From an uncultured virus (IMG/VR IMGVR_UViG_3300023184_000087) (taxonomy: Duplodnaviria > Heunggongvirae > Uroviricota > Caudoviricetes): 64,000 bases of DNA. Of this stretch, positions 8,846 through 18,556 are shown piece by piece (position 1 is the first letter of the stretch; every line of letters begins with the position of its first letter). The position numbers and the translations under genes are program-made. The notes below the pieces were generated by a model. The model worked only from the letters and a program-made list of their open reading frames with translations, had not been told where the DNA came from and searched no databases. The stretch spans positions 1-64,000 of IMG/VR virus record IMGVR_UViG_3300023184_000087. The stretch is one strand, 5' to 3'.

Positions 8846-9658
8846 TTAATCTCTTTCTATTCCTAGTTGATCGCAGGCTTTGCGAAATATTTCTTGACTT
8901 ACTTTGAACTTACTATCTGCTTCACTATATCCTTCACCCGGTTTTGGTGACGATGCATGCCAGCTATGACCGATTGACACACTACCATCATACACCACAT
9001 TGTAGCCACGATGACGTGCAAAATACGAACACCAAGTTTCTTCGTAGTAGTGGGGTGTCGGCAGGAACGCGCCCAATACTCCTGGATACATTCTTTGATA
9101 TTCACGATCACTTGTTAAAGTGGTCCATACTGATCTTCTAATGAAGTAAGCAGACCCGGATACCGTAACACAATTTACCCTATCCTTAAAAAGATTATCG
9201 TTTGGATCATGCTGCTTCCAACCCCTATGTTTTGGAGCCGTATTAGTCCCTACAATGCCAGCATGTGTTATGAAACCATTTTCGTCTCTTTGTTTTGGGC
9301 CAAGAATATGTATATCTTGATTCTCATCAAATATTTTTTGAACATTTATTAGATCCTGAGTAGTAAGCCAGACATCTGCGTTCAATAAACAAATTATATC
9401 ACCAGCTCCGTAAGTTGCCATCCCATTGCATGCAAGAGAATAGCCTATGTTTTGATTATTCCAACCTGCAGTTATTTTATATGTAAGTCTATTTTCTTCT
9501 ATCCAAGGCCAACTTCCGTCGGAAGATCCATTGTCTGATATGTAAAGATTCCATATCTTATTTTGTTCATTAAGATCACTATGAAGTGAATCCAAAAAAC
9601 GTTTAAGTAAATCTTTTGTATTGTAATTTACCACACATAAATCAATCATTTTTACCAA
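8846..9658 (-). CDS. Glycosyltransferase family 2
   Basis: VVNYNT, DNGSSDGS, NIGYSLACN, LLNAD, VSGSAYFIRR and HYYEETW. Confidence 0.9.
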   Translation of the reverse strand: MVKMIDLCVVNYNTKDLLKRFLDSLHSDLNEQNKIWNLYISDNGSSDGSWPWIEENRLTYKITAGWNNQNIGYSLACNGMATYGAGDIICLLNADVWLTTQDLINVQKIFDENQDIHILGPKQRDENGFITHAGIVGTNTAPKHRGWKQHDPNDNLFKDRVNCVTVSGSAYFIRRSVWTTLTSDREYQRMYPGVLGAFLPTPHYYEETWCSYFARHRGYNVVYDGSVSIGHSWHASSPKPGEGYSEADSKFKVSQEIFRKACDQLGIERD

Positions 9659-9894
9659 CTATCATCGTCATTGTTATTTTGCTTGCTAATAAATTGATTT
9701 TCATTAATTGATTTTACAGCTTCTTCTTTAATGTGTAAAATATTTAATCTTTCTTTTTCATCTTTAACAACAGATAAATAATTTGATAATGCGTTTGATA
9801 TAACAAGCATTTCATCTATTGTTGTTACCAGATACGTTTGACCTGATTCAAGTTTAATATTTATTTTTTTCTTTTCGTTTATTTTTTTAGCCAT
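9652..9894 (-). CDS. Hypothetical protein
   Basis: 80-aa ORF with RBS (AGGA) and overlap with the next gene. Confidence 0.6.
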   Translation of the reverse strand: MAKKINEKKKINIKLESGQTYLVTTIDEMLVISNALSNYLSVVKDEKERLNILHIKEEAVKSINENQFISKQNNNDDDSW

Positions 9895-9899
9895 TATTC

Positions 9900-10142
9900 C
9901 TACTTATTTTTAATTTTTACCTTTTTATCATCTAAATCAAAACCACCGATTTTATTTGGATCGTACCTATGAAGACATATGTTGTCGGTATCAGGTTCAA
10001 ATGTAACAAAAAATATGTTTTTATCTTGATCCGTTAACCCGTCTGGGGCCGGAGATTCAATGGCTATTTTTGAAGAAGAGCATCCGTAAACCTGACTATG
10101 GTTTTTATATACTACAATATAATTTAACTTAGAAGCTGGCAC
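9900..10142 (-). CDS. Hypothetical protein
   Basis: 80-aa ORF with GTG start, in operon packing. Confidence 0.6.
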   Translation of the reverse strand: MPASKLNYIVVYKNHSQVYGCSSSKIAIESPAPDGLTDQDKNIFFVTFEPDTDNICLHRYDPNKIGGFDLDDKKVKIKNK

Positions 10143-10184
10143 TTGTGTTTACCTTTACTGTTTTTATTTTTTTAAAAGATTTTT

Positions 10185-10355
10185 TCATAACAAAGAAAAT
10201 ATAATCAAACCAAATATTAATGGAGTAGCGAGCGCGAGTGAAACGGAAACTATTCTTGTTCTTTTGTCTTTAGATGTTTGATTAAGTATCTGCATAGCTA
10301 TTGTCCAGTTCAAACAGACTGTCAATAATAAAGATAATAATAAATTTTTATACAT
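10185..10355 (-). CDS. Small membrane protein with two predicted TM helices (56 aa)
   Basis: Hand-translated MYKNLLLSLLLTVCLNWTIAMQILNQTSKDKRTRIVSVSLALATPLIFGLIIFSLL; start overlaps the thyX stop. Confidence 0.6.
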   Translation of the reverse strand: MYKNLLLSLLLTVCLNWTIAMQILNQTSKDKRTRIVSVSLALATPLIFGLIIFSLL

Positions 10356-11061
10356 AACTACCTAATAGACTTGATAGTGAAACCGGAAAGTGTGGACTTA
10401 TTAAATCTTTTACAGATTCCGCATACTCAGTTATTTCATGTTGAGCGTCTTCGGCCAATCTTTGATTCAAGAACAAAGCTATTGACTGCAAGCTACAAGA
10501 CCATCTATATACAACATGCATGGCGTACGCTGGCAGGAATAAACGCGCTTGCTCTGGAGCAGCTCCGTTATCCATCGCCAACCTATATAAAGCTTCTCCC
10601 TGTTCAATATACTTCTTTAACTCTTCAGTCAAAATTGAACCGGTCCAAGGGTCTATGGGACCACCAGATCCTTGTTTCTTGTTGTCTGGAGCAAGTCTCC
10701 ATTCGTTTAATTTTGGTATATAAAATTCTGGTTCCATTGTCACATATCTGCGTGACGATTCATTCCATGAGTCCATTGTATGATCAGAGCCGACAACATA
10801 TTTCCAATGTTGTCTAGCAACAAGCAACGGTGCTTTAAATTCAAATGTAGCGAATGCGTGCCTAAACGGAGACATGTGATTTTCTCTTGCAAGAAAATTT
10901 ATTAGTCTAGCGTCGTCTGTCGACATTTGGGAACTTTCTTTTGCAAACGAAGCTCTTGCCGCATTTGCAACAGAAAGATCAGATCCCATAACATCAACTA
11001 ATCTAACATAGCCATTATCTAAAACGACTATAGATTTTCCTATATTATTAGTATCTTCCAT
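10348..11061 (-). CDS. thyX: Flavin-dependent thymidylate synthase
   Basis: GYVRLVDVMGSDLSVANAARAS, HMSPFRH, NESSRRYV, PEQARLFLP and AQHEI. Start is at 11061 or 11070. Confidence 0.92.
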   Translation of the reverse strand: MEDTNNIGKSIVVLDNGYVRLVDVMGSDLSVANAARASFAKESSQMSTDDARLINFLARENHMSPFRHAFATFEFKAPLLVARQHWKYVVGSDHTMDSWNESSRRYVTMEPEFYIPKLNEWRLAPDNKKQGSGGPIDPWTGSILTEELKKYIEQGEALYRLAMDNGAAPEQARLFLPAYAMHVVYRWSCSLQSIALFLNQRLAEDAQHEITEYAESVKDLISPHFPVSLSSLLGSYV

Positions 11062-11068
11062 AGGATAC

Positions 11069-11077
11069 ATTATACCA
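11069..11077 (-). promoter_or_regulatory. Extended -10 promoter (TGGTATAAT) 7 nt upstream of the thyX ATG at 11061
   Basis: Minus strand TGGTATAAT-gtatcct-ATG with no Shine-Dalgarno. Confidence 0.55.
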
Positions 11078-11078
11078 T

Positions 11079-13190
11079 CTAATTGGCTTTTGAGTTATCC
11101 TTTATGAATTTAATTTCACAAGAATCAGTAGTACAGTATCTTTCGCCAATTGCATCTGATGCCATCCCAGCATATACTCCAGTTAAATCTATAGCGAATA
11201 GTTTTGAAGTAGCATCCGTATATTCTTTTTCTGATATTTGGGTGTAGGGCATTTGTGGATAAGTATGGTTTCCACTCGGCAAAAATGACACCGTCTTTAA
11301 TTGCCCGTCATACATATGGAGTACTGTACCTACGTGCTCAGATTCTGTATCTTTATCAAAAGATATTGTTACAGAAACAGAATTGTCAGACCAATATCTT
11401 TGGGCGGTTGCTGCTAAAGACATTTTTTCAAAAATTGTAACGTCACGCTCTGCTCTCGCTGCATCTGATTTAATGGGAAAGTAGACTACTGATGTTGTAT
11501 CAGGAGATTCGGAAGCTGGCTCAACCGTATAGTTTGCCATTTTGAATAGAGGTAACATTGGGTCTTCGTTTGCGAACCTAATAGTTCTATTAAAATACTT
11601 TCCGCCTGGGGTCCAATGCACACCTGGTGATTCGCCTGCAAGAATTGAAACAGTTCCAGAGGGTTTAATAGTTGTCATTTTAATGGATTCTCTAATTCCC
11701 AACCACTCAGAGTAAACATTATCATAACGCTGGATAGTTCTATAGCCTTGGTCCATCCATTCGCGAAGAGCTGGGACTCCAACTCTATCGGCAAAGTTTG
11801 CTACGCCCGACATAGACGCACCTATTCTACGATTACGTTGCATGATGGCATTAGTCTCTTCCCAATGGGTTGGCAGAAGAGTCACGGTCTTTGCGTATAG
11901 GTAGGCAAACTTTAATGTGCGCTTATAGTCCTCTAGGGTGTCATGCCTATTGAGATAGGTCTCCACAAGCGTACAGCACTCGTAGGACTCTAGAGACTGC
12001 TCTGCACAGGGGTTATAGCCGGCCACTCTATGGTCCTTATTGTTTGGTGGATCAGCTAAGCGGCCATATTTGCGAGACATGTCCATCCATAGAACTCCAG
12101 GCTCACCGTTAAGAGATATACCCTCTACTATGCTGGAAAGATCTGCTCCGACCGCTGTTTCAACGGAGTTGTTAGACATCCAGCCCCATCCTGGAGCCGA
12201 TGAATCATACGAGTTTCGGTCAGGGAATCTTTCTGAATTTTTTAAATTTAAGAAATCTTGATCGTCCAAGCGACCAATCAACAATTCTGCTGATCGACGC
12301 ACATTTCCAGACACAACGCATACACCTATAACGTTTCCGATGTCAGCTATATCTATACGGGTTAGCTTCTCTCCACTGCGTCCAGAAAACATTTTACGAA
12401 TATGTTTATGTAGCTTTTCAAGTGGCTCGTGACCAGCAGCTACTCCACCAAATGTTTTAATGGGCGTGCCAGCTGGACGGATTACGCTGTAGTCAAAATC
12501 AACTGCGTCTTGTTCCGGTTTTAGATATGAATTTAACAATAGAGCTGTTGAATCGACCCAGCCTTCTCTTGTATCGGGAATAACGATTGGTTTAATTACC
12601 TCTAACACCTTTGGCTTAAAGATTGTAAAATCTTTGTCGGCACCTTTGTCATCAAATCCTACACCAACACCCAACATTGAAGCTTCCATAAGAAATGCGA
12701 AAGGTTTTGCTGGGTTAAACTTATTCATTTCTGCGGTGGAAACAAAGGCGCAGTTTTGTAGAGCCGCCGAATTCTTTTGTATATTTACGATGTTTGTTCC
12801 CATAGCCCAAAGACCACGACCAGGTGGTGTCCATTTGAGGTTAAACAATCTATCAAATGCTTCCTTTGCAGAGGCTTGAGCCTTTGCGTCATTCCATGGA
12901 AGGCGATTTTTTTTACAGTGATCTTTTTGGAGGGAGTACATTCCATTGATAACTCTTTCGCAAACATCAACCCACGTTTCTTTTGTGCCATCTTCCTTAA
13001 GTCTTGAGTAAGTGCGTAAAAAGGTTATTTCTCCAACAGAATTTCCAGCTGCATCCCTATAGCCAAATGGAACTACTTTATCTTTATATCCAATAACAAA
13101 TTCATCTGTCAGTCTAAAGGAAAACATCGATGCCTGCTTTGGGGCGGCGTATGCTATATCTGGATTACCGTTTTCTATCTCTAATGACAT
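11079..13190 (-). CDS. nrdJ: Class II adenosylcobalamin-dependent ribonucleotide reductase (monomeric RTPR type)
   Basis: TFLRTYSR, PPGRGLW, LQNC, GNVRRSAE, NPCAE, ECCTL, TIKPSGT and C-terminal CTTDSC. Confidence 0.95.
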   Translation of the reverse strand: MSLEIENGNPDIAYAAPKQASMFSFRLTDEFVIGYKDKVVPFGYRDAAGNSVGEITFLRTYSRLKEDGTKETWVDVCERVINGMYSLQKDHCKKNRLPWNDAKAQASAKEAFDRLFNLKWTPPGRGLWAMGTNIVNIQKNSAALQNCAFVSTAEMNKFNPAKPFAFLMEASMLGVGVGFDDKGADKDFTIFKPKVLEVIKPIVIPDTREGWVDSTALLLNSYLKPEQDAVDFDYSVIRPAGTPIKTFGGVAAGHEPLEKLHKHIRKMFSGRSGEKLTRIDIADIGNVIGVCVVSGNVRRSAELLIGRLDDQDFLNLKNSERFPDRNSYDSSAPGWGWMSNNSVETAVGADLSSIVEGISLNGEPGVLWMDMSRKYGRLADPPNNKDHRVAGYNPCAEQSLESYECCTLVETYLNRHDTLEDYKRTLKFAYLYAKTVTLLPTHWEETNAIMQRNRRIGASMSGVANFADRVGVPALREWMDQGYRTIQRYDNVYSEWLGIRESIKMTTIKPSGTVSILAGESPGVHWTPGGKYFNRTIRFANEDPMLPLFKMANYTVEPASESPDTTSVVYFPIKSDAARAERDVTIFEKMSLAATAQRYWSDNSVSVTISFDKDTESEHVGTVLHMYDGQLKTVSFLPSGNHTYPQMPYTQISEKEYTDATSKLFAIDLTGVYAGMASDAIGERYCTTDSCEIKFIKDNSKAN

Positions 13191-13202
13191 TATATATATC
13201 TC

Positions 13203-13907
13203 CTATCTAAGTATAGTTATTTTTTTTACGTATTTTTGATTTAACTTTTGTAATTCTGTACTTTTTATTTTTAATATTTCATCGATCTTATAAACTTTAT
13301 GTATTTCTTTTTCAAAAAAATAACCACTTCTCCAATTAAACACTTTGTTAACATTGTTTTTATGTTTGACAAACATATTACATATTATAGCACCGCCATA
13401 TGCTTTTACTAGATTAAAAAATTTTATCTCCAATTCTTTTGCGTTATCTTCATTCAAATCAGAAACTTCTTTTGCTCTATTATAAAGCCAATTAAATGCT
13501 TGTCTAGTTAATGGTGATACATCTATCGGGTCTACGACGCCTAACTTAATAATTTGATTTCTATCTTTTATGATTTTTATATCTTCTTTAATATTTTCTT
13601 TAAATAATTCAAACCAATCTCTTTCATTGAACTGTGTCCAAGCTGTACACCAAAACAAAAGTTTATCTGGAGGAGTAGGAATAGTAGTGCCCTCTAGTAG
13701 AGGTAGCATTGTTGCACAACTTATAGTTTTTTTTACAAAGGCTTTTCTTTGCTCTTCTGTAAGTCCTTTTGAACCAGACATTTTCCACAGTTTTTTTATG
13801 TGGCTATCCCAATCAGATGCACCTAAAAATAAATTTAAATATTTTTCTGCTGTATCAAAAGGTATCGTGTCTTCATTGATTACTTTTTCAAGAGCATCTA
13901 AATACAT
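13203..13907 (-). CDS. Hypothetical protein
   Basis: 234-aa ORF with RBS (TAAGGA). Confidence 0.75.
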   Translation of the reverse strand: MYLDALEKVINEDTIPFDTAEKYLNLFLGASDWDSHIKKLWKMSGSKGLTEEQRKAFVKKTISCATMLPLLEGTTIPTPPDKLLFWCTAWTQFNERDWFELFKENIKEDIKIIKDRNQIIKLGVVDPIDVSPLTRQAFNWLYNRAKEVSDLNEDNAKELEIKFFNLVKAYGGAIICNMFVKHKNNVNKVFNWRSGYFFEKEIHKVYKIDEILKIKSTELQKLNQKYVKKITILR

Positions 13908-13950
13908 TTATAATCCTTAATAAAATACTCAAAACCTATAAAAATGATCC

Positions 13951-13992
13951 ATATAAACAGCAATCCCGCCTGGGATCAGACGGGATTGTTGT
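13951..13992 (-). terminator. Intrinsic terminator between the structural and nucleotide-metabolism blocks
   Basis: Minus strand ACAACAATCCCGTCTG-atcc-CAGGCGGGATTGCTGT followed by TTATAT. Confidence 0.7.
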
Positions 13993-14036
13993 AGCCGTGC
14001 TATTAGTATAGCACAGAATATATTTTTCGGTGATGC

Positions 14037-14645
14037 TTACAATGCTTTTGCTGAGTCCAAACCTTTGTATTCCAGCACTTTGTTTCTGCCATATTCCGAT
14101 GCGGTATTTGCTTGACCATAGCCTGAAGTGAATACTGCTGCACTTGTTACACCGTGAACATCATTTGGTCTAAAAACACCGAAGGATGCTGGTGCGCCTT
14201 GAGCTTCTGTTCTTGCAGCGTGACCAGTGCTTGCAAATATATTTGCTGATGTAACACCATCAAATATATAGTTGTTGTAACTATAGTCACTTACTCTATC
14301 GGCATGCCCGAAGCCAGAAGGAAACGCCGCTGCCCCTACTAAGCCTTTAAATTCAAATGGCTTAAAGCGAGCTCCCTCATAGTCAGACCCATCTGCAAAT
14401 GTACCTGCTAGTGGAGTTGTCCCAACATAAAGTGTCGAGCCAGTAAATAGTTGTGATAAAAGAACATTTCCTGGATGACTACCAGTGCCTGGGACATGAT
14501 GATTGTCTGGAGCTCCATCCAAAAGACCCTTAGCAAATAGTGGGTAAAATGAATATGTGCCAGCCGTACCCTTGAATACGTTCACCATATCTGCAGTAGA
14601 ACGACCCTTCAATACTGGTCTTGGACCTACGTAAAAGGTTGCCAT
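14037..14645 (-). CDS. Gly/Ala-rich protein with internal repeats, probable virion protein
   Basis: Strong RBS TAAGGAGA, downstream terminator and three FxG...AxxFxSGxGHA-like repeats. Confidence 0.65.
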   Translation of the reverse strand: MATFYVGPRPVLKGRSTADMVNVFKGTAGTYSFYPLFAKGLLDGAPDNHHVPGTGSHPGNVLLSQLFTGSTLYVGTTPLAGTFADGSDYEGARFKPFEFKGLVGAAAFPSGFGHADRVSDYSYNNYIFDGVTSANIFASTGHAARTEAQGAPASFGVFRPNDVHGVTSAAVFTSGYGQANTASEYGRNKVLEYKGLDSAKAL

Positions 14646-14715
14646 ATGAGATATCTCCTTATTGTATAATGCGGTTTACACTATCTATAGTAAAATGATT
14701 TTTGGTTTTTAACCA

Positions 14716-15975
14716 TTAATCATATTGAATTCTTAGATCACAAAGCACGGGTGCAGTTTTATCCTCTAACATGTTTAGGGTAACCTCTATCCATACACTG
14801 GATGAAGCCCCCGGATTTGTAGTGCTGTAGTTCCCGGCATCGTCGTAGATAACCCTATAGCTAAAGGCGTTTGACATCTGGCTCAAGGGAACATTATAGA
14901 TTACTGGGTCTACACTAATTATATTATTAATTAAAGAACCGTCTGGAGGAGTAAACTTAATTATAGTTTTACCAGATGGCAAAAATTTATCATATCTCAC
15001 ATCAAGATCAGAAAGGCCATATGTATATATATAATTTCCAGCCTCTTGCATATAGCTTCTCTGTACCATCTTAATTCTTATTGCCGTAATTTCTTTATCT
15101 GGGAAGTAAAAAGAAAGTGGGCCAGAGTTATATATGGTATCCGACCCAGAAACAAGCCATCCACCAGGTGGGACTTTGCCCACCGCTGTGCTAACTCCAT
15201 TATAAAGAGCAGAAGAGTTTAATGGCAGCCAAGAGTCTGACTCTGTTAATGTTGGATTTAATTTTGTTGTATATTCTATTGAAGAAATATCGACTGAGTA
15301 TACAGGAAATGGGTTAAATTTAATACAGTTTGTTTTTGTTGATCCAGTAAATTCAGATGGTATTTTTACGTAAAACATCATCTGAGCCCCGGAAGGAGAA
15401 GTGGATTGTGTAATTATATTACGTTTCCAAATTTTATCTGGATTATCTATTATTGCATTGAATGTTGGAGTGGTGTTGACTATGGCTCCAGCGGCGTCAA
15501 CGCCTGCATAATTATTTTGTATAAATGTTTTAAAGAAATCTGGAATAACCTGAGAAGAAGAAGCACCGGACGTGTGAAACTTTAACTTTGAATTTGAAGA
15601 TCCGCTAACCTTTGGAAGTGTTATTACATTATAGTATGGATCTAGGCTCAATAGATTTGTGGTAGAAATAGAAAAACTTGTTCCAACAAAATTTACATAA
15701 TCAAGCTGTGAGAAAGAATATATTGATAGGGTATTTGTTTCATTTTCAAGTGCCTCAACTCTATCGACAAGATCATCAACCGCACTAACTAGGTATGCTT
15801 GGTCCTTCAAGACTCTTTGAAATGCTTCAGAAAGTTTGTGATCAAGAATATTTGATTTATTATATAAGTATAAAAGGTCTTTATAATTTTCTTCAATTCT
15901 TTGATTGTATTCAGAGCTGTCTACTGGACCCCTATATTGCACGTTTCTTTTCTGTGTATTAATTGAATCTGCCAT
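14716..15975 (-). CDS. Virion/baseplate-associated structural protein (paralog family)
   Basis: N-terminal YRGPVDSSEYN coiled coil, beta-rich body and C-terminal APVLCDLRIQY. Confidence 0.6.
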   Translation of the reverse strand: MADSINTQKRNVQYRGPVDSSEYNQRIEENYKDLLYLYNKSNILDHKLSEAFQRVLKDQAYLVSAVDDLVDRVEALENETNTLSIYSFSQLDYVNFVGTSFSISTTNLLSLDPYYNVITLPKVSGSSNSKLKFHTSGASSSQVIPDFFKTFIQNNYAGVDAAGAIVNTTPTFNAIIDNPDKIWKRNIITQSTSPSGAQMMFYVKIPSEFTGSTKTNCIKFNPFPVYSVDISSIEYTTKLNPTLTESDSWLPLNSSALYNGVSTAVGKVPPGGWLVSGSDTIYNSGPLSFYFPDKEITAIRIKMVQRSYMQEAGNYIYTYGLSDLDVRYDKFLPSGKTIIKFTPPDGSLINNIISVDPVIYNVPLSQMSNAFSYRVIYDDAGNYSTTNPGASSSVWIEVTLNMLEDKTAPVLCDLRIQYD

Positions 15976-15976
15976 A

Positions 15977-16378
15977 TTAAATCCTATTTTCTAAAAATTT
16001 TATTTTACTCTGAAGCCTAGATAATTTTCCTGTAATTTTTACAATATCATTTATACTTATACTAGACGCAATTGGCGTTGCGGCATTACTCAATGAGTAC
16101 GCAGTAACTCCTTCGGGTTCAACGTTTACCCCATCAACAAGCACTTCCTCTTCAACCAGGGAAGATATCTTACCATTAATGGCTACAGAATAACTATCGC
16201 AAACTGCACCTATTGAATCCAATTGATTATTGATCCTATTGAAGTCGGCAAGTAAAGAATTGATTTCTAAATTTTCTTTTTTGCTATTTCTAGTTCCTCT
16301 ATATTTCTGTCTAAATCTAGAAAAAAGAGGTTCTATCAGTCTTTTCGTATGAGATTGTTTTGTGTAAGTTATTGGCAT
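15977..16378 (-). CDS. Coiled-coil structural protein (shares the family N-terminus)
   Basis: KYRGTRNSKKENLE resembles QYRGPVDSSEYNQR of the neighbour. Confidence 0.6.
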   Translation of the reverse strand: MPITYTKQSHTKRLIEPLFSRFRQKYRGTRNSKKENLEINSLLADFNRINNQLDSIGAVCDSYSVAINGKISSLVEEEVLVDGVNVEPEGVTAYSLSNAATPIASSISINDIVKITGKLSRLQSKIKFLENRI

Positions 16379-16417
16379 TTAATTCTTCCTAATCAATTAG
16401 TACCAGAAACACTGGCT

Positions 16418-18556
16418 TTATGCATCCCTATGTTTAAACTTAATTCTTACAGATTCAACTATAGGAGATGACAATGGATCTTCATACCTATTTAAATCTA
16501 CCCTATACCTAATGGAATTTACGGCTGATTGATTATTAGAGGTATAAATAAAGTTTGACTTTCCCGATAGCTCCCTTGAAGCTAGTACTTCTTTTCTTCC
16601 AAAAATTGTATCTATTGTAAAATAATAGCTGTCTTCATTTACTTTATTCTGAAACTCAAATGGGTCCAAATAATTAAAATAATCAACAAAAATTAATCCG
16701 TATCTAGAGAGGGACAAACCTTCTATCAGATTAAAGGAAACTTGTCCTGATACCAATTTATCATAAGTTATTATTATTTTATTAATTCCAGATTTAAATT
16801 CCCATTCAACGACCTTGCTTCCTGTTCCCTTTGGAAGATCTGCTATTAAAATTCCATTTAAATATATTGCTAGATTAAAATTAGGATTAGATTTTGAGAC
16901 ATTATGTACAACATTTAGAGGGCCTTGTCTTATTATCGATGTCTCTATATACCCCGAACTATAAGAGTTTATTCCTGGATTTATAGAACCTATTTGTTCC
17001 TTTAACGTATTTGATAAAAGTGAAGCCGGCTTATTATTGAATATATCAGACCAATATTCAAGATCTTTATATTTTCCATCTGCTACAGACTCACCTGCAT
17101 ATATTAAATAGTTATGCTTTAGGCAATCTACTCCGCCTAAAAGAATTGAGTTTAAATAATTTTCTTCAGAACTAAGTGCAGTAATCCTATACGCATTTTT
17201 TCCAGAATATATTTTATTATTTGGATTTAATTCATTTGCATTTACTGCCGAAGAGTTGATTGGTATATATTTTAGTTCGTTTTCTTCAGGCGTATTTGAT
17301 ATATAAACATTATTTCTAGTTGATCCATCAAGATAAACAACAGGATTATAACCAGAGCTTTCTGAACCCTTTGGAGATACTGGAATCCAATTATAATCAT
17401 TAACATTTTGTGCAGTTGGGTTATTGGCAGCGATATAGTAGTTCACTGATGTTCCAGGAATAACCTGCTCCTGAACCTCCATGGAAACTGCATCTATTAT
17501 TAAATTTGAATTAGTTTTTGTAGCAATGGATATTGGGGCAGATACCAGTATACCTGATTTAGCGTAGTATTTTGTCCCAATTATCATTTCTCTTAAGCCA
17601 AATTTATAAACATATGGTCTAGAACTATTTTGATCTATATAGTCTGGTTCATTTTTATATAGAACTATCTCTATCGCTGAATAAGAATCTGCTGGAATGG
17701 CAAAAGAGAATGCATCATAGTCTAATCTTGATGTCTTTGTTTTTATTTCATTTGGTTTTTCTGGATCGGAATATATTGCTCTCATCATAATGTTTACTGG
17801 AGATGAGGTAAAAGGAATCCCATCTACCTTTGACAATATCGAGGTTTTGTTGACGGGTATGCTCATGGTAAGTGAGACTGGTTGCGGATTTTCCAAAGAC
17901 ACAACATGATCCCAATATGTATCTGTTAACCCATCAAATATATTATTAAAATTTGTTTTATCAATAGTCTGATTCAACTGCTGACCATTTGCTGTTACTG
18001 TAAAATTAACATTATTTCCATTAAGATTGTCAACAGTCATAACATTAAACTGTTCAGATTTTAATTTGCTAATAGTTACATTCCTAAGCTTAGGATCAAA
18101 AAATGCGGAATCGGTTAATGAAAGATCTAATTTGTCTGCTGATATAAAATTTTCTGTAAAAGAATAAAAATATCCATCAGAATTATTATTCATGAATATA
18201 AGATCATCTACTTTTGATTCTAACTGTAATCTTTTCTTTTTTAAATTTTCTAATTTTTTATTAAGAGATGTAACAATAGAAAATAATTCTTCATTATTAT
18301 CTAGAATTGTGTCATATAAAATATCAACATTATAAATTGTATTAGCCATTATTTGATTTAATAAATCAACATCAGTTTTATTTGAAGCCCTAAGAAGATC
18401 ATAGTCTACTTTAACCGGATAACCTGGTTGGTTTACGCTAAAATATTCATTAAATGCTTTTCTAACATCTTGTTCAGAGGGTTTTTGGCCAGAAGAATAT
18501 ATTAATTTGTATATATTATTTAAAAATCTTCTTTTTTGAGTTGTTGAAATGTTCAT
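16418..18556 (-). CDS. Virion/baseplate-associated structural protein (paralog family)
   Basis: N-terminal coiled coil, NIFDGLTDTYW (discoidin/CBM-like), YKFGLREM and C-terminal SPIVESVRIKF. Confidence 0.6.
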   Translation of the reverse strand: MNISTTQKRRFLNNIYKLIYSSGQKPSEQDVRKAFNEYFSVNQPGYPVKVDYDLLRASNKTDVDLLNQIMANTIYNVDILYDTILDNNEELFSIVTSLNKKLENLKKKRLQLESKVDDLIFMNNNSDGYFYSFTENFISADKLDLSLTDSAFFDPKLRNVTISKLKSEQFNVMTVDNLNGNNVNFTVTANGQQLNQTIDKTNFNNIFDGLTDTYWDHVVSLENPQPVSLTMSIPVNKTSILSKVDGIPFTSSPVNIMMRAIYSDPEKPNEIKTKTSRLDYDAFSFAIPADSYSAIEIVLYKNEPDYIDQNSSRPYVYKFGLREMIIGTKYYAKSGILVSAPISIATKTNSNLIIDAVSMEVQEQVIPGTSVNYYIAANNPTAQNVNDYNWIPVSPKGSESSGYNPVVYLDGSTRNNVYISNTPEENELKYIPINSSAVNANELNPNNKIYSGKNAYRITALSSEENYLNSILLGGVDCLKHNYLIYAGESVADGKYKDLEYWSDIFNNKPASLLSNTLKEQIGSINPGINSYSSGYIETSIIRQGPLNVVHNVSKSNPNFNLAIYLNGILIADLPKGTGSKVVEWEFKSGINKIIITYDKLVSGQVSFNLIEGLSLSRYGLIFVDYFNYLDPFEFQNKVNEDSYYFTIDTIFGRKEVLASRELSGKSNFIYTSNNQSAVNSIRYRVDLNRYEDPLSSPIVESVRIKFKHRDA

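Noticed and set aside
10185..10355. Two-TM protein as a holin
   Set aside because: No endolysin is nearby and the context is nucleotide metabolism, so it is left as a generic membrane protein.
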